Source: Aplysia californica
Taxonomy: Eukaryota
Length of the DNA stretch: 64,000 nucleotides
NCBI RefSeq assembly: GCF_000002075.1
Contig: NW_004797290.1
Location: 660,348 to 724,347 of the forward strand
Reading direction: 5' to 3'
The notes beneath the pieces were generated by a model that was given only the letters and a program-made list of their open reading frames with translations, was not told where the DNA came from and searched no databases. The translations under genes and the position numbers were made by a program. Of this stretch, positions 61,471 through 64,000 are shown in pieces. Each line of letters begins with the position of its first letter. Position 1 is the first letter of the stretch.

Positions 61471-62915
61471 GTAATTAATTCAGTGCTTGGTCAGTTTGTG
61501 TTCATTGAGCAGCTTTGGACTGTGTGTTTTCACTTTTGTGCAAAATCCAGGGAACAGCGTATTTGCGCAGTGTAGAAGGAACATTGGTCTAGCGACACTC
61601 TGTACAGGATTCTTGTAACTAACACTAGCAGCATATAATTCACTATTAAAGTTTGGGGACGGTTCAGGAAAATTTGGAGGGAGTGGGTCAGGGGATAAAA
61701 TGTTGGAATAAAATGCCATATATTGTAGTGGCTTGTATTGTGTAGTCTTTAAGTTCTTCGCTATTGCCTTTAGAAGAGGAGAGTTCAATTTTTCCAATGG
61801 CAAGATTTTAAAAAAATCAAGTATCTTTGTCTGTCTGCTGTGCTGTGTCCCAATGAGCACCCTGACAGGCAGCATAGAAACAGGTTGCCTCCCAAGTGAT
61901 CTAAGTTGTGTTAGTGGAGGAATAAAAAAACTTATTTTTTGTATATATTGATAATTTGCATATTTTCAATGCCAGTGGGGCCAACTCATTAACATTTTGC
62001 CATCAAATAAACTTTCAGTAATGATCCACCCTTGCGTTATGTACTTATTAAAGGTCAGTGTCCTGTTCTTCAGCGGTTGGTTGTGTCAATTTCATAAATA
62101 GAAAATTCCTTTTCTTGCCCATTGAAGTGCTACTGGAATGAAAAAGTGTTGATAAACATGGGGGATTACCCCTTGCAAAAACAGTATTTCCCCCCCCCCC
62201 CAAAGTACCAATTTCTTGTTATGCTCTTGATAGAGTAAGCTCAGGTAGTCTTGATATTTTGGAAATGTTTTAGAATTCTTCATCTCTATTGACTTGTCTA
62301 TGACTTGTTGTAGTTTTAGCTTTGACTTTGATGTTTTTTTCTACACCGCTGTTGTACATTCTTTCCCATGCGGATTGTACATTCTTTGTCTTGCAGATTG
62401 TACATTCTTGATGATGCAGATTGTACATTCTTGCGCATGCAGCGCTAGATTCTACATGGTTTGGGCCACTGCTCCGCTATTTTTTATAAGGCAATTTGTG
62501 CATCATATACACTGAATTGTTTTGTTGTGAACTGAGTCATTATCAGTTGCTCTCCTTAGTTTTGTGTGGTTGGTGGATGTGCTGATATGCTTGACTCCTT
62601 GTACACTTGTATATGTATCACTTTTTCAGCTTTCTGATCTTATTTTTGTGTGGGATGTGGCTGCTATCAGTCAGGACACAACTCACCTCACCTCACACAC
62701 ATGTGCGCACACATACACGCACACGCACACACACACACATTACACATGGATGCACGCGCAGCAGAGTTATGCTGGAGTTGTCTGGGCTGTCTGTGCCACC
62801 ACCTCTTGTGTACACTGGTTTGTTTTTCTGTTCTGTATGGTAAGCTGAAGCCCTTTGTTTTTGTATTGTCTTTCAGTGTCTTGATAATGATGAAAATACA
62901 GTCAGACCTACCCCC

Positions 62916-63294
62916 ACGGCGGCATTACTAACTGAAGTGTCTGTAGGCCATTCTCAAAAGGGGGACATTAACCTGTTTTTATGCACAGTAGAATCGTAAA
63001 TGGGCTGATTCATCAATGTCATGCTCATAACTGCCTGAACTGCAACAGGGAATAGCTGCTTTTTCTTTCCTAATCCGAACTATTGTCATTTTTTTCCTCT
63101 ACTTCTTCTGTATGTTTGTCACACTCTTGTGACCCGCTATTTCTGGGGTGCCTTGATAGTGGAAGCAGACTTTGTGCTGAGCAGAGTAAGTCTGATTCCC
63201 TGTAATGACTTCTCTGTTGACATCCACCTCTTGGCGCTCATATGACTTTATGCAATTGCGAGCGCCGTAAAAACTCTACCATAACTAAAACTAA
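62916..63294 (+). mobile_element. Retroposon family B, uninterrupted copy
   Basis: Homologous to 3735-4016 + 5608-5711; shared hairpin tail; flanked by a ~63-bp direct repeat. Confidence 0.8.
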
Positions 63295-63357
63295 CTTTGT
63301 TTTTGTATTGTTTTTCAGTGACTTGATAATGATAAAAATACAGTCAAACCTATCCAC

Positions 63358-63540
63358 GTGGGTGGTTGGCGGGTGCTCTGGTGTAGTTTGCTCCTTCTTT
63401 CCTATCAAACATCTATCGTCTTGATCTCTCCTCCTTCTTTTTTTATGTTAGTTACTCTCTTGTAACACAATCTTCGGCACTTTTATGACCTTATTGTGTT
63501 ACAAGTGCCGTAAAACTCTACCAAAAAACTAAAAAAACCC
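63358..63540 (+). mobile_element. Short retroposon family A
   Basis: TSD ACCTATCCAC (63348-63357, 63541-63550); same 5' start as the 1932 copy. Confidence 0.85.
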
Positions 63541-64000
63541 ACCTATCCACCCATTATGGAGGAGAAAAGTGTTCATCTCAGACAGGTGGTTGTCTTGGAC
63601 AGTGTCATAATAATTAAAGAAAAAATGCAGGGGGGGGGGGAGAGAAGGGAAGTGGTCACTGGTACAGGTGATTGTTTCGGACAAGAAGTTGTAAGAGCAG
63701 GTTTGACTGATATAAATGCGCTCGACGTTGCCACAGAATTAATCATTTTTAAAGTGATAAAAAATCAGTTTAACTCATGTTGATGGACTCCAGTGATATT
63801 TTTACGTGGATAGGCATAATACAAAACTGTACTCAAACAGACGATAGACCTGCATGTGTGCAATAAAAAACAAGAACAGGCAAAACCCAGCTCCACTTCC
63901 ATTTGTTTTGCTTTCACTTGGGGCCTTTCGAAAATGTTCCATTAGAAAAGTAAGTTATGGTTGAACTTCTGACACTACTGGTGATTTCTCTGATCTATTG

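Noticed and set aside
61480-63783. ORFs 61480-61875 and 63556-63783 as exons of a further gene
   Set aside because: No recognisable domain and no consistent splice chain.
1-64000. Hammerhead ribozymes
   Set aside because: The CTGATGA hits inspected lie in exons or lack the GAAA core with flanking stems; a manual scan is not exhaustive.

Overview
AT-rich animal (invertebrate, probably lophotrochozoan/mollusc-like; taxon is inference) genomic DNA with spliceosomal introns and two assembly gaps (17464-17563, 33612-33757). Three protein genes can be supported. (1) A 13-exon CoREST/RCOR gene (+, 11514-23462, ~514 aa; ELM2-SANT1-linker-SANT2) that also carries a GATA-like C4 zinc finger. (2) An unrecognised, disordered ~328-aa protein (-, 33287-32301) with three COP1-type VP motifs; it is tail-to-tail with RCOR and head-to-head with (3). 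(3) An 18-coding-exon CLASRP gene (+, 39819-57334, ~840 aa). All exon phases of RCOR and CLASRP were checked by hand and join into open frames. The rest is mobile DNA: an internally deleted Harbinger (transposase + MADF), RTE and RTEX-like LINE fragments, pogo-, piggyBac-, Mutator-, hAT- and Sola-like MITEs, Nin/Deu-type SINEs and short retroposons that share one 3' hairpin tail. The most interesting signals are the CoREST zinc finger, the multi-VP orphan protein, dense TCTAGA/AGATCT palindrome fields flanking both promoters, a 5'-truncated HDV-like ribozyme on a bipartite RTE element, and repeated local duplication of 5' splice sites.
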